Source: Mantamonas sphyraenae STR306 (taxonomy: Eukaryota; Protista; CRuMs). From it: a stretch of 64,000 bases of DNA. A program made the translations under genes and the position numbers. The notes under the pieces are model-generated. The model made no database searches, had not been told where the DNA came from, and saw only the letters and a program-made list of their open reading frames with translations. Each line of letters starts with the position of its first letter. Position 1 is the first letter of the stretch. Shown in pieces: positions 25,901 to 34,800 of the stretch. The DNA lies in NCBI GenBank assembly GCA_026936335.1, contig JAPMXV010000053.1, positions 186,001 through 250,000 of the forward strand, read 5' to 3'.

Positions 25901-28900
25901 CTGCCGGTCTCGTACACAGCCAGCATGCGTCTGTACAACGGCTCCGCTTCGGAATACTTGCCCCGTCGCACGAGCAACACACACAACGCATCCAGAGCAC
26001 CCATGAAATGGGCGTTGATCCCCTCGCCTGCCACAGCGCTTGCCACCTCCAACGCACGCCTTCGCAAGGCCTCCGCCTCCTCCAGCGACTCGTCCACGTC
26101 CAACTCGTCATCGTCCGCCTGGGCGCTCTCATGGAACGTCGCCATGCGCGACAACGCCTGAAGGTGTTCCACATACTCATTGCTCTCGCCGTGGCCGTGG
26201 CCGTAGCCGTCGCCACTGCCCCTCCTCCCTTTCTCGAAGCGTTCCAGACTGGTCTGGAAGTGTGTGACGGCGTCGCTCCAGGCCTCCTGATCCCAGTAGA
26301 GTTCGCCCAGGTGGAAGAGAAGCACCGCCACATGGTCGTCCATGTCTGCGGCCTCGTAGATGGCAATGGCACGGTCGTATTGTTCGCGAGCCTGACCGTA
26401 CTCCTGGCGGCGAAAGTGACACTCGGCCAGACGGTGGTGCACTACAGCCAAGTCGGGGTCGCCCGGTGCCAACTGGTCCTGGTACAGATGCAACGCCTGC
26501 GCGTAGCTCTGGATGGCCTCAAAGTAGGTATCCGCAGCGAGGAACATGTCGCCTCGCAGTTCCAGGACATGTGCCGCCAACAGAGGTTCGTCCAGGGCAT
26601 GGTAGATGCGCCAGGCACGCAAGGAGGGTGTGTCCATATGATGGTGATGCTGGCGCAGTTTGTACAACTCGGCACTGGTGTGCAGTGCGTTTGCCTTTAG
26701 CAGCAGGGCCTGACGCACCACAGGATCGTCCAAGGGCAGATCACCACCGTTATCATCCTGCAGGTGTGCCTGGTGTTGGTGCTCATTGGCGTCATTGTCA
26801 TCACCGAGGCCGTCGTCTCCTTGCAGGAGCAGATCTTCGTCGCGGTAGTCGGCAAGGCGTGCAATGACAGTTTGCAGGGTCACTTGGGCCTCGTCGTACA
26901 GCTCGATGGGAAGCATGGAGCGCACCGAGGCAAGCTGTAGACGCAGAGCGCAGAGGGATGGCAGGGGCATGAGGAGGAAGGGTTGGTCTTCCAGGGCAGT
27001 GCACACATCCAGGGCCTGGGAGTAGCACTCGACGGCACGGGCGTAGTCTGCGTGGCGTTCGTGTACATCGGCCATGGCTTCGAGAATCCAAATGAGGTCT
27101 GGATGCAATCGAGAGTCGAGGGAGCCTGTGTAGAGCTCAAGGGCACGGGCAAGCCATTGGAGAGGCACCTGAGCTGCGTCTGCGGTGGGCAGCATGCGTG
27201 GGATAGACAAGTGGCTAAGTTGCAGATAGAGATGGGCCACGTGAGTAAAGGCGTGATGAGGAGAGGTGGTGCGTGCACGGATGCCAAGGATGCGGTGCAG
27301 ATGATCGGCCACCACGCTGTGGCGTGGCACCATGTCATGTCGCACCCACAACAAACACAACTCTTGCAAGGCATGGGCTGCCAGCGGGTGGTCGGCGCTG
27401 CCAAACAGGCGCTGTGCGTCGAGAAGGGCACGGAAGCTGCAATACTCGGCCAGCTGCAATTGGTCGTAGGCCAGAGCCAGCTGGTGGTCCGAAACGGAAC
27501 ACAGGGTGTGGAGCATGCAGGCGGTGGCTGCCACGTCGGAGCGTTGCAGTTGTGGGGAGGAAGACGAGGCATCGTCATCAAACTCCACGTCGACGTCTTC
27601 GTGCAAATGAAGCCCAACAAAGTGGCACACACGGTACAGCAACGCCTGACGCCACATGGCGCGTGCCTGTGTGCCCTGTGCATGCACAATGTCCAACAAG
27701 GACCCCTTGCGTCCTTCGTCGTCCAGAAGGTCCATCTCGCTGCGTGTGAGTGCCAACGGGAAACGACGCAGAAGCGGTTCCAGGAGGGTGTGTGCAGGCA
27801 GAGGGGAGTCACCCAGGACCAGGGTGTTGATGTCTGTGAGAAGCAGTTCCACAAGGGCGTCGGGTGCCTCTCCATGGCCGTACTGTGCACTCGCTTGTGC
27901 TTGGGGCAGGGTCACGGTGCGCATGTGCTGCTGGAGGATGTGTTTGAGCACACGCGCCACCATTTCCATCAGCAACCAGTCTGCCAGCAGGCGGTTGTGC
28001 ATGAGATGCCTTCGCAGCAGCGAGAGATGGCGCAGGTTGATGCCTGCACTCTGGATCATGCGTGTCACCATGCTCGTATTGCCAAACAGGCTGAGCATGG
28101 CCGCTTCCGAGGCCATGGAGGAATTGGCCGACGCCGTGGAGATGGATGACCGTGGCGAAGATCCTGGCGACCCGGACTGGCTTCCACCACGTGGGCTTCG
28201 AGGACTATCACGAGGACTGCCACGAGGACTGCCACGAGGACTGCCACGTGGGGTGCTGCGTGGGGTGCGTACATGAGGCACGGGGAACAGGGCATCCAGT
28301 TCTGCGGCCATGCGAGGGATGGCATGCTGTACAAGCCACTTGGTGGCATTGCGAGCTCGCACAGTGTGTCCAATGTCCCTTGTGCTACTGCTGCTACTGC
28401 TGCTGCTGTGGTGAATGTCCACAGAGGGGTCCTGTGAATACATCCAATCACCAGCAATTGGTTTTTGGCACCTATGCAGCAGCTCTGGGCGCAGTCGACG
28501 TGCCAGGCGGTGAGTGCGTGTTGGCAATGCTCCAGCCGGGTACTCGCTCGCCAACAGCGTCGGGTTCTGATCGAAATACACCCGGCCCGTCTCTGCGTCT
28601 GTGTACATCTGCACGGGTGTGGACGGAGAAGACGACGATGATGATGATGATGATGACGCGGTGAGGCAGTCACTTGTGTTTTGCGTGCTGACAGCGTCCG
28701 CGACGTTCAGGAGTGAGGCAATGTGCTGACGAGCACGCAGCATGCCATCACTCATGGCCTTGTCTGTGTGTGAGGCATCGTCTTCCGGGAGGGGAAAGTG
28801 GGCAGTGGCCACAATGCGTCGTCCAGCATAGTCGATCTGCACAGTCAGGGGCACATGGACGCCAGGGACGGCCGTGTGCAACACAGCACGTCGATGGGCA

Positions 28901-29991
28901 AGCAGGGAAGCAGCCGCTTTGTGGTGGGAGGCCCTATGGACGAGAAGAAAGTCGATGCCAAGCAGGGAGTAGAGCGAGTGAGGAAACGGAAGTAGCGCCG
29001 TCTCCACAGGGGCCAGCGTGCGTTGCTCCTCATCCAAACTCTGCTCATGCACAATACGCTTGGCAATGGGCACACAGGTGAGTGCAAACCGGTTGGTGAG
29101 TTGGGTCAGCAGGTTGCGTTGCACGGCTTCGTCCTGGCCGTTCCACACGCCGGCTTGACACCACGCCTGCATGACTGCATCCCACTGCGGCGGTCCTCCG
29201 TGCTCCGCATCCACCTCTTCCATGCGATGGTTGGTGTCCAATTCCACGTCCAGGCAGTATGGCGAGGCAAGCGCCTGTGCAGCGCTGATCTGCAGCGACC
29301 CCAGCGCGTGTTCTTCGGGCAAGGCGTGCCCAGTCTCCCCCTGGCTCCAGAGAGAGGACTTTGCACCTGGGGTGTGGATGAGGGCGTCCTCCAATGGGTG
29401 AATGGGTGGCAAGATGATGGAGGGCACGTCTGGATGTGCCTGCGCCTGAACGGGGGCCTGTTTGTGTGCGTTGCCCTCTTGCCACTTGCCGGCCCAGCCC
29501 TGCTGCACTTGCATCTCCACCGCGTTCAGCGAGTGTCTCTGTGCATTCGTCCCACTGCGCCCACTGGACGACATTGTGTCTCCCAGTGCATACCGTGTGC
29601 CCATGCCCGTGCCCCCGCCACCCGCTCGTCCTCCTGTTCTGTTGCCTCCTGCGCTACCAACGCGCAGGGCCATGTCGTCTAGCGTCAACACCGGCTGTTC
29701 CCTGGGCCACCACGTCGTCGTCTCCTCCCTATCCCGTTGCTCTTCCTCCTCCCCTTCCACAAACCCCTCCTGCCACAATTGCGTCTGCAAATCGACAGAG
29801 TGTTGTCGCGTGGTGCTGGTCGACGACGATGCCGATGCCGATGTCGTCGTCGTCGTCGTCGTCGTGCGTCGATTGTTGCGTCGTCCTTGCAGTTGCAACC
29901 GTTGAGGCTGCAGGGACGACGGCGACGACTTGGCCACATTCGTGCCCACTGGTGACAACAACGAGTCGCCTGAGATGGGTTGATCACTCAT
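19996..29991 (-). CDS. Giant single-exon CLU-like-domain plus TPR-repeat protein (3331 aa)
   Basis: About 10-kb ORF. VPLTVQIDYAGRRIVA, LRPELL and GINLRHL...LLMEMVARVLK are CLU-like blocks, followed by many kinesin-light-chain-type TPRs (GKYSEAEPLYRR, GRLDEALAMYRKSLA..EQVMGPNHPD). Confidence 0.85.
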   Translation of the reverse strand: MSDQPISGDSLLSPVGTNVAKSSPSSLQPQRLQLQGRRNNRRTTTTTTTTSASASSSTSTTRQHSVDLQTQLWQEGFVEGEEEEQRDREETTTWWPREQPVLTLDDMALRVGSAGGNRTGGRAGGGGTGMGTRYALGDTMSSSGRSGTNAQRHSLNAVEMQVQQGWAGKWQEGNAHKQAPVQAQAHPDVPSIILPPIHPLEDALIHTPGAKSSLWSQGETGHALPEEHALGSLQISAAQALASPYCLDVELDTNHRMEEVDAEHGGPPQWDAVMQAWCQAGVWNGQDEAVQRNLLTQLTNRFALTCVPIAKRIVHEQSLDEEQRTLAPVETALLPFPHSLYSLLGIDFLLVHRASHHKAAASLLAHRRAVLHTAVPGVHVPLTVQIDYAGRRIVATAHFPLPEDDASHTDKAMSDGMLRARQHIASLLNVADAVSTQNTSDCLTASSSSSSSSSSPSTPVQMYTDAETGRVYFDQNPTLLASEYPAGALPTRTHRLARRLRPELLHRCQKPIAGDWMYSQDPSVDIHHSSSSSSSSTRDIGHTVRARNATKWLVQHAIPRMAAELDALFPVPHVRTPRSTPRGSPRGSPRGSPRDSPRSPRGGSQSGSPGSSPRSSISTASANSSMASEAAMLSLFGNTSMVTRMIQSAGINLRHLSLLRRHLMHNRLLADWLLMEMVARVLKHILQQHMRTVTLPQAQASAQYGHGEAPDALVELLLTDINTLVLGDSPLPAHTLLEPLLRRFPLALTRSEMDLLDDEGRKGSLLDIVHAQGTQARAMWRQALLYRVCHFVGLHLHEDVDVEFDDDASSSSPQLQRSDVAATACMLHTLCSVSDHQLALAYDQLQLAEYCSFRALLDAQRLFGSADHPLAAHALQELCLLWVRHDMVPRHSVVADHLHRILGIRARTTSPHHAFTHVAHLYLQLSHLSIPRMLPTADAAQVPLQWLARALELYTGSLDSRLHPDLIWILEAMADVHERHADYARAVECYSQALDVCTALEDQPFLLMPLPSLCALRLQLASVRSMLPIELYDEAQVTLQTVIARLADYRDEDLLLQGDDGLGDDNDANEHQHQAHLQDDNGGDLPLDDPVVRQALLLKANALHTSAELYKLRQHHHHMDTPSLRAWRIYHALDEPLLAAHVLELRGDMFLAADTYFEAIQSYAQALHLYQDQLAPGDPDLAVVHHRLAECHFRRQEYGQAREQYDRAIAIYEAADMDDHVAVLLFHLGELYWDQEAWSDAVTHFQTSLERFEKGRRGSGDGYGHGHGESNEYVEHLQALSRMATFHESAQADDDELDVDESLEEAEALRRRALEVASAVAGEGINAHFMGALDALCVLLVRRGKYSEAEPLYRRMLAVYETGSEDTLFAMSIVERCLADVLEKQGRLDEALAMYRKSLALCEQVMGPNHPDSVTGVEDLARVLAKTGRLTDAEGMFRRAIDIRTRVSQDDPLLARLQYELAIVLWRAGSFVKAEHMFDEASHRYAALPGDKHQSDVAKIYSTQAGLMVEYGRTTEAEPLARKALSLFESALGEEHDEVALCQQQLGLISGQLGRMDDAERYYRKAVRILGNLHGEDDVTLVDALEGLDSTLWLAGRQKQAEQVERRLLQLYIRHQGEDGEHVATTKQRLATTILHDLDHHQHAYEEALHARQEQLAALEAERHAHESALVTSRAAVAEDATSTSSSEHNKDADDDEVHDRYFVFDEAASQVHDETAADQEVAAVVEVGHDARGRLVAPLKEAEQLLSEALRVFEGASDSDVTRDGGSGGALVVPAFSGGSAHVQCVGRLGQVRIHQGQMKEAERLTRLAIEMTVRLFGEHHSQLVELHTQLGGILAVTGRVEQAQLALQQALELERENGHRAPMLADISLQLCDCMRMVGNRVQADATYRWAIATCERANDLPDLASLLFQRATLLQEDGHLELAADVCARAVDLMDSLNGRDGGNDDSRNLAVALQVLAGLRVFQHDLDTAEQLYRRSLQLHDAAGSVHLDPWDQANATVGLARVLHISSGPSQEACDLLQQGIVLYSNMGGGGDDAAASHNQSGTSTQATEDNADETSESSSSSSSSSSSSESPHGGSSAMDGVAVAEMCSELADMLMGLGQSELAEEWQEEALIRLKANLGEGHALVVQCLQRLVAIKIENREYASAEKRMHDALAAVLTLQHQEPSVESTQMLMVLGDLYQMQGKHELAVNTYQRCVGLFQSLLGQESLLAATAIAKIGELMGAHGELMQAEFELRRALAMLDLQLHPGRVDARALLIKSRLAGVLLQRHKYVEALAFYLKVANGYHSLVVQEQQQDNSKNDNDDGPPDWLQWDPSQLPGLETSPHAVDLAMALEGLGLCAVHHSRRTEGRRHLETAVAILRAQRAHAVVEELAKAHKSLAWIHCELGQVDEAEACFDRAVAVLRGEQEDDEDEEEAQKAQKTQMARSAGQDNGRRVQLASTMVEMAQFHAQVGHVERGEACCRRALALLQALPRPLSSGDRWLMMDTMKQLAFALVRRGELSQAFRVFEQHVEAMQAHAGETRVEESLLEMVALLKQLGHLQDAVRLYRRIIRAREEKLGLRKRQVGASAQDRGKGLQVMVGTESAGTTGKFASVHPSPSSRSTSSLTMPSTPGASSSSSSSSSSSSSSSSLSLTVSPQEELMRASSPASHASSQQQQESMRRKEHVVEQQRMLANLWCELASVQLEQGEVPDAMASFTHAVSLRRRYATETDVELSTTLELLSDAQSTHGLVDEAVNTYHEALAILQHVYGPESAIVADRLCHLGDLLRKSSLDTDRVYERHRGQVRFGKSHQGASYAEMLFRKANSIYTATQGQENERLVYTLQVLGKMTSQQGRYAEAERVYRRLVTLSTETYGSTDVRTLHSMAQLASTLQLQGHLYAAELSLRQVLAELTPTTLGSTSSSNDDAAAGGDEAEAEEESDDEREERQELRIMVLDRLSGCLHAKREHEEAETLARQALQLKKDALLSGEDIDEDTEDVARSWLDLGMIRRDQGDLFEAEQLFRSAADTFQDLLEAEDNGEDMPSTMSMGTEQRILVPWQQIPASSAIGEVALLYWVTLAKFRLSQTLHEAGKSIEASVLLKAAVDTLAARSAQDSRLMAQLVHTLAEIELALGNIQVASKHTKDVLGMQERMQGQLSEDYVEAMMLMSDIEQSRGDTHTARATASQALQLQDELLESLQDDADVEDAEARVHAGEEESAPTSVPSEEGVLHARMHALQLRRCQHLLHLAGLHFQLAEVEQGKQVLGRVRRLGEVVHGGGLSHASGQLWLACGDVLARHLLWSDAADAYTHAVAILREVLSEVDLRVVDAKTKLEEARFRAIE
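28199..28246 (-). repeat. 12-nt tandem repeat encoding (G/D)SPR, about 4 copies, inside the CLU-like domain
   Basis: Plus-strand cgaggactgcca units; peptide TPRSTPRGSPRGSPRGSPRDSPRSPR. Confidence 0.8.
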
Positions 29992-30077
29992 CTGTGTGGG
30001 CCACGGGAAAACGTGTTTTGTTTTCGTTTGCCGAGCCGTCGCCGCCACTCAACCAACACAACCAACCAAAAGAAAGC

Positions 30078-30991
30078 ATGAGCAGCAACGATCTGAGTGG
30101 AAAGGTGGCGTTTGTGACGGGTGCATCGGCGGGCATTGGCAAGGCCATTGCCACGGCGCTGGCTGCGGCAGGTGCCAGTGTGGCTCTGGCCGCTCGACGT
30201 GTGGAGAAGCTGGAGAGTCTGGCCGAGGAGATTGAGGCGGCAGGTGGCAAGGCCATGGTGTGTGAGGTGGATGTGACAGACAAGGAGAGTGTGGAAGCAG
30301 GCATGAAGGCCACTGTGGAAACTCTGGGAGGCGTGGACATTCTCGTCAACAACGCTGGTGTCATGCTCCTCAGCTACGCAAAGAACTGCAAGCTGGACGA
30401 GTGGAACACCATGATCGACGTCAACGTAAAGGGTCCACTCAACTGCGTTGCCGCTGCCCTTCCCTACATGCGTGAGGCAAAGAGTGGCCACGTGGTGAAC
30501 ATCAGCAGCGACGCGGACCGCAAAGTGTTTCCCGGCGGGTGAGTTGCCTTTCCCCCCCCCAGCATATGTCACCTGCCACTTGGTTGGGGTTAGACGTACC
30601 CCCCCCTTCCCTCCCCTCCCCCCACTGTTTGTCAACATGCTATTGTGCATGACCCGCCCATGCTGACACGAAAGAGTGTGTGCTGCTGGGTCACAGATCC
30701 GTTTACTGCGGCACAAAGGCATTCCTGTCTCTGTTCTCCGAGGGATTGCGTGCTGAGTTGAGCAGCGAAAAGATGCCCATCCGCGTGACGAGCATCTCTC
30801 CCGGTGCATGCGAAAGTGAGCTGTTCTCCCACGTCACCGACGACGAGATTGTCGAGCTCTTCACCAGCGGGCCTGGCATGGAGATGCTCCAACCTGAGGA
30901 CGTGGCCGAGGCTGTCCTCTACGCCGTCACTGCTCCTGCACGTGTCAATGTCCACAACGTCATGTTCCGTCCCTTTGAACAGAGCTCGTGA
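30078..30991 (+). CDS. Classical short-chain dehydrogenase/reductase, probably NADP-dependent (251 aa)
   Basis: Exons 30078-30538 and 30697-30991. TGASAGIG, AARR, NNAG, NISS and catalytic YCGTK. Confidence 0.93.
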
Positions 30992-31065
30992 GATGGATCA
31001 GCACCACGTGCGGGGGGGGGGGGGAAGGGGTGGAAAATGAACTGTGGTTGCATGTGGTGTGTTCT

Positions 31066-31096
<31 letters not shown>

Positions 31097-31179
31097 CTGT
31101 CGTCGAATCTCTTGGTTTGAGTGTGTGTGGGTTCCTTGCGCCCGGTGAGCAAAGCAAAAACGGCCCGCTTTGTGCACAC

Positions 31180-31842
31180 ATGAGTGAACTCGACTCGGAA
31201 GGGGTGGACAACGTGTCGGAACAGGAGCAGGAGGGCATCAAGGAGGAGAAAGCAGTGGAGGAAGGGTCTGCCGAGGTGGAAGAGAGCCAAGAGGGAGGAG
31301 CAAACTCCGCACCCAGCGAGAACGCTGTCAAAATGGCACGTGGATACACAGGAAAGATGGGAGCACCCTTGGAGCAGGTGCAAGGCAAGCTGGGTGAGCT
31401 GAAAGAGACTCAGGAGGTTCTGATGGAAACGATGCAGGCGCTGGACGGATTCAAGTTTGTGGACGACGAGCAGACGCGGTTGGTGATGGACACGGTGAGT
31501 GACATAGGTTCGCAGTGGGGTGCATGGGAAGATGGGAATGGGTGGGAGAGGGAGGGGAGGAAGGCGGGGGAGGGGGCGGGGGATGGAAGGGAGACGGCAC
31601 TGACGTAGGAAGGCTGTGTGTGATGTGTGTGGCAGTTCCTCGCCCTGCCGGAGTACACACGCAAGATGAGTGTGATGCAGAACAGGATGGAATTGATGGT
31701 GGAGCGAATGGGAAAACTGTCCGACAGGGTGGCCAAGTTGCAGGAGAAGAAGAGGGAAGACGAGGCGGAACGGGAGGCCGAAGAACAGCGTAGGAAAGAG
31801 CATGAGGAGTCGTTGGTGGCCAAAGTGGCAGTCAACAAATAA
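31180..31842 (+). CDS. BLOC1S6: BLOC-1 subunit 6 (pallidin)-like coiled-coil protein (173 aa)
   Basis: Exons 31180-31494 and 31636-31842. The pattern P.L......L.EL...Q.VL..T.......F...Y..K........KL..R..KLQ.K...E.ERE......E..L.A follows pallidin. Confidence 0.75.
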
Positions 31843-31870
31843 CAATGATTGAGTCAAATCGGTTCTTCTT

Positions 31871-34800
31871 CTATTCTTCTTTGCTCTCGTCGGCCAAGAG
31901 CTCCTTTGTGGGCTCTCCTGCATCCTCTTCCTCACCGGGGCCTCCATCGTCCTCGTGCACACTGACCTCCTCGCCATCGACCACTCCATCCACTTGGACA
32001 CGGGTGTTGTCTCTGGCGTCGTCGTCGTCGTCGTCGTCGTTGTTGTCGTCGTTGTTGTCATCTTTGGCGCTGCCTGGTCCGGATGCTTCCAGGACGAAGG
32101 AATCCATGTCCTCCTTGGTGGCCTTGTCATCACCATTGTCGTCGACATCGTCGCTTGCGTGCAGACTGACTTGTGTCATGCGGATTGTGGTTGCAGTCGA
32201 GGCTGGCGAAACCATGGTTTCCTCCTCGGGTCCATCGGCCTTCTGGGGCTTGCGGCCCATGAGGCGCATGAGCCAACTGATCTTGGAGAGGACATCCTCA
32301 AACAGCAGAATGGCGGCGTAGAGTGCCACGCTGACGTTGACAGCAAAGAGGAGGATGGTGAAAAAGGTGATGAGCTCGGGGGTGAGGGCTCCTGCCTGGA
32401 ACATGAGACCCGTGAGCATGCTGAGAAAGACGGCCAAGAGACCGAGAAACTCGAGCAATTGCATCTGTTGGTTCTTAAAGGGCAGATAGCGCACCTGGGT
32501 GATGATCACCGCCTGGATGACCAGCACGGCAAAGACAACCTGACGCTGCGGCGAGGCGCTGAGGAAGACCAGGATGGCCATGATGAGCAACTTGCGTGCG
32601 GCAATGACCACTTCCCAGTAGTAAGTCTCCTTGCGGAAGCCGTCGTAGAGGAAGTAGTACACGGCCTCCTTGGCATCTACACCCTGCTGCCACAGCGTGT
32701 CCCTGTTCTTGCGCAGCAGCGCCACGACAATCAAGGGACCACCAATGGTGTACACAGCCAGGATGAACGCCGACACAGCCACCATGAGGTCGTACTCGGG
32801 ACCCGAGCAGAGGGTGGCGACGTTGGCAAGCAACACCTGCTGGCCGTCCACCTCCTCGCAGGCAAAGACACTCATGGCCTTCTTGCTGACAATGGGGTGG
32901 AAGAGGTAGAGGATGAGCACAGCCACGGGCTTGTAAAAGTTGCGGAAATACTCGCCTGCCTTGCCCTTGCGACGCATCACAGCCCACACCAGCAGCAACA
33001 CCTCGGCCAGGACAATGACCAGCACGGGCGACAGCAGCGTGGCCGTGAACTCGTCCACAAATGAGAAGTTGACGGTGCAGTCGACGCTGTAGCCACTCAC
33101 GTCCACGTTGGACGACTTGGAGTAGGAAAGGAAGCTGGCAAGTTCGGGAGGCAGCGACAGGGGAAAGTCGATGGCAAAGCCCATGAGCTGCAGGTAGTTC
33201 ATGTACACACGAAGCACACGTGTGGCCTTGGCCTTGTGCGAGTGGATCACGAGACCTCGGATGATAAACGCAATGTAGCCCAAGATGGCCAGGATGGCAA
33301 GGACAATCAGTGCCCAGGAGGTTTCCGGCTGAGGTGGACACGGCTGGCACACATCCTGCACCAAACCATATCCCTCCTTGCACAAGGAACACAGAGGGCC
33401 CGTGTGTCCGTCTGCACAGCCCTGTGGCTTGCACGCGGCCTCGTTCACACACTGCTTGAAGCTGAACGAACCGGTCTTTTCCTGATAGAACCCCTGCTGG
33501 GCGACAATGGACGAGCCACCGGCGCACACAGCACCAGGCGGACAGTTGGTGCAATATTCGGTGTTGACGTTGGTGGCCTGGAGGGTGGTGCCGGGTCGGC
33601 TGAAGTAGCCTGCGTTGCACAGGCAAGTGGCACTGTCGGCGCTGCTGGCACTGTTGGGCGGACACAGAGAGCATGTGGATGCACCCTGCACGTTGCTGAA
33701 CGCACCCGAGGCGCAGTCTTCACAGACAATGGCCTCGCCCACGCGGAACTTGCCCGCGGCACAGAACAAACACTGCCTGCTGGCACTCTTTTCGGTAAAG
33801 TTGCCAGCGGGACAGGCAAGGCAAGCAGAGGCACCGGGGCTGTTGGAATAGGTACCCGAGGCGCAGGGCTGACAGATGGCAGAGCCGGCGGGGGCAAAGA
33901 AGCCCTCGCCACAAGGCGAGCACGTAGATGCACCCTGTGCAGCAGCAATGGTTCCCGCTGTGCAATCAGTGCACGTGGTGCTGGCGGTGCTTGCGGCCAC
34001 CTTTCCTGAGGCGCAGATGGAGCATGCAGAGACACCTTCGTCGGCGCTGAAGCGTCCGAGATCACAGGCGTAGCATCCGGTGCTGGCGGTGGCGTTGGCA
34101 AAGTAACCCACGGGGCAGCGTGTGCACACAGTGCTGAGGTTTGTGGCAGCACGTGTGCCCACGGGACAGGCGGTGCAGGATGTGGAGCCTGCGCTGGGGG
34201 CAATGTAGCCTGGGGAGCACGGCGAGCACGACGATGCTCGCGTGCCGTTGGGGTTGTACCATCCTGCGGGGCACGAGGAACACACAGCCGCCTTGGCAGG
34301 TGAGACATGGCCCAAGGGACACTCCTGGCAGGTCGTCTGGCCCGTGGTGGGCGAAAATTGCCCCACCAAACAATCTTGACAGCCGGACGAGCCTGGGGCG
34401 GCGCTGAACTGGCCCTCGCTGCATTGGAAGCAGGCCGTGGCCTGAGTGCCGGCGGAAAACTCGCCCGCTGGGCATACGTCGCAGCTGGACTGGCCCGAGG
34501 TGCCTTGGAAAGTGCCTTTGGAACAAGCTTCGCATGTGCTCATCGAGGCGTTGCGGTACTTGCCCGCTTCGCATGCGACGCATGACGTGCCGATGCTTTG
34601 GTATCCCGGAGCACACAGTTCGCATGCGTCGCCTGTGAAGAGGGAGGAAACACAGACACACTGGCCGTTGCCAGCAAGCCCGTCGCTGCAAGCACCTCGT
34701 CCACTGCACGTGGTGCTGACACATGCCTTGCATGAGGGGCCGTAGAAACCCGAGTTGCACTCCAGCTTGAGGTGGGTGACCCGCATACGATTGAAAGCGT

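Noticed and set aside
19996-29991. Annotation as kinesin light chain or nephrocystin-3
   Set aside because: The similarity is limited to generic TPR repeats; size and the CLU-like N-terminal domain do not fit.
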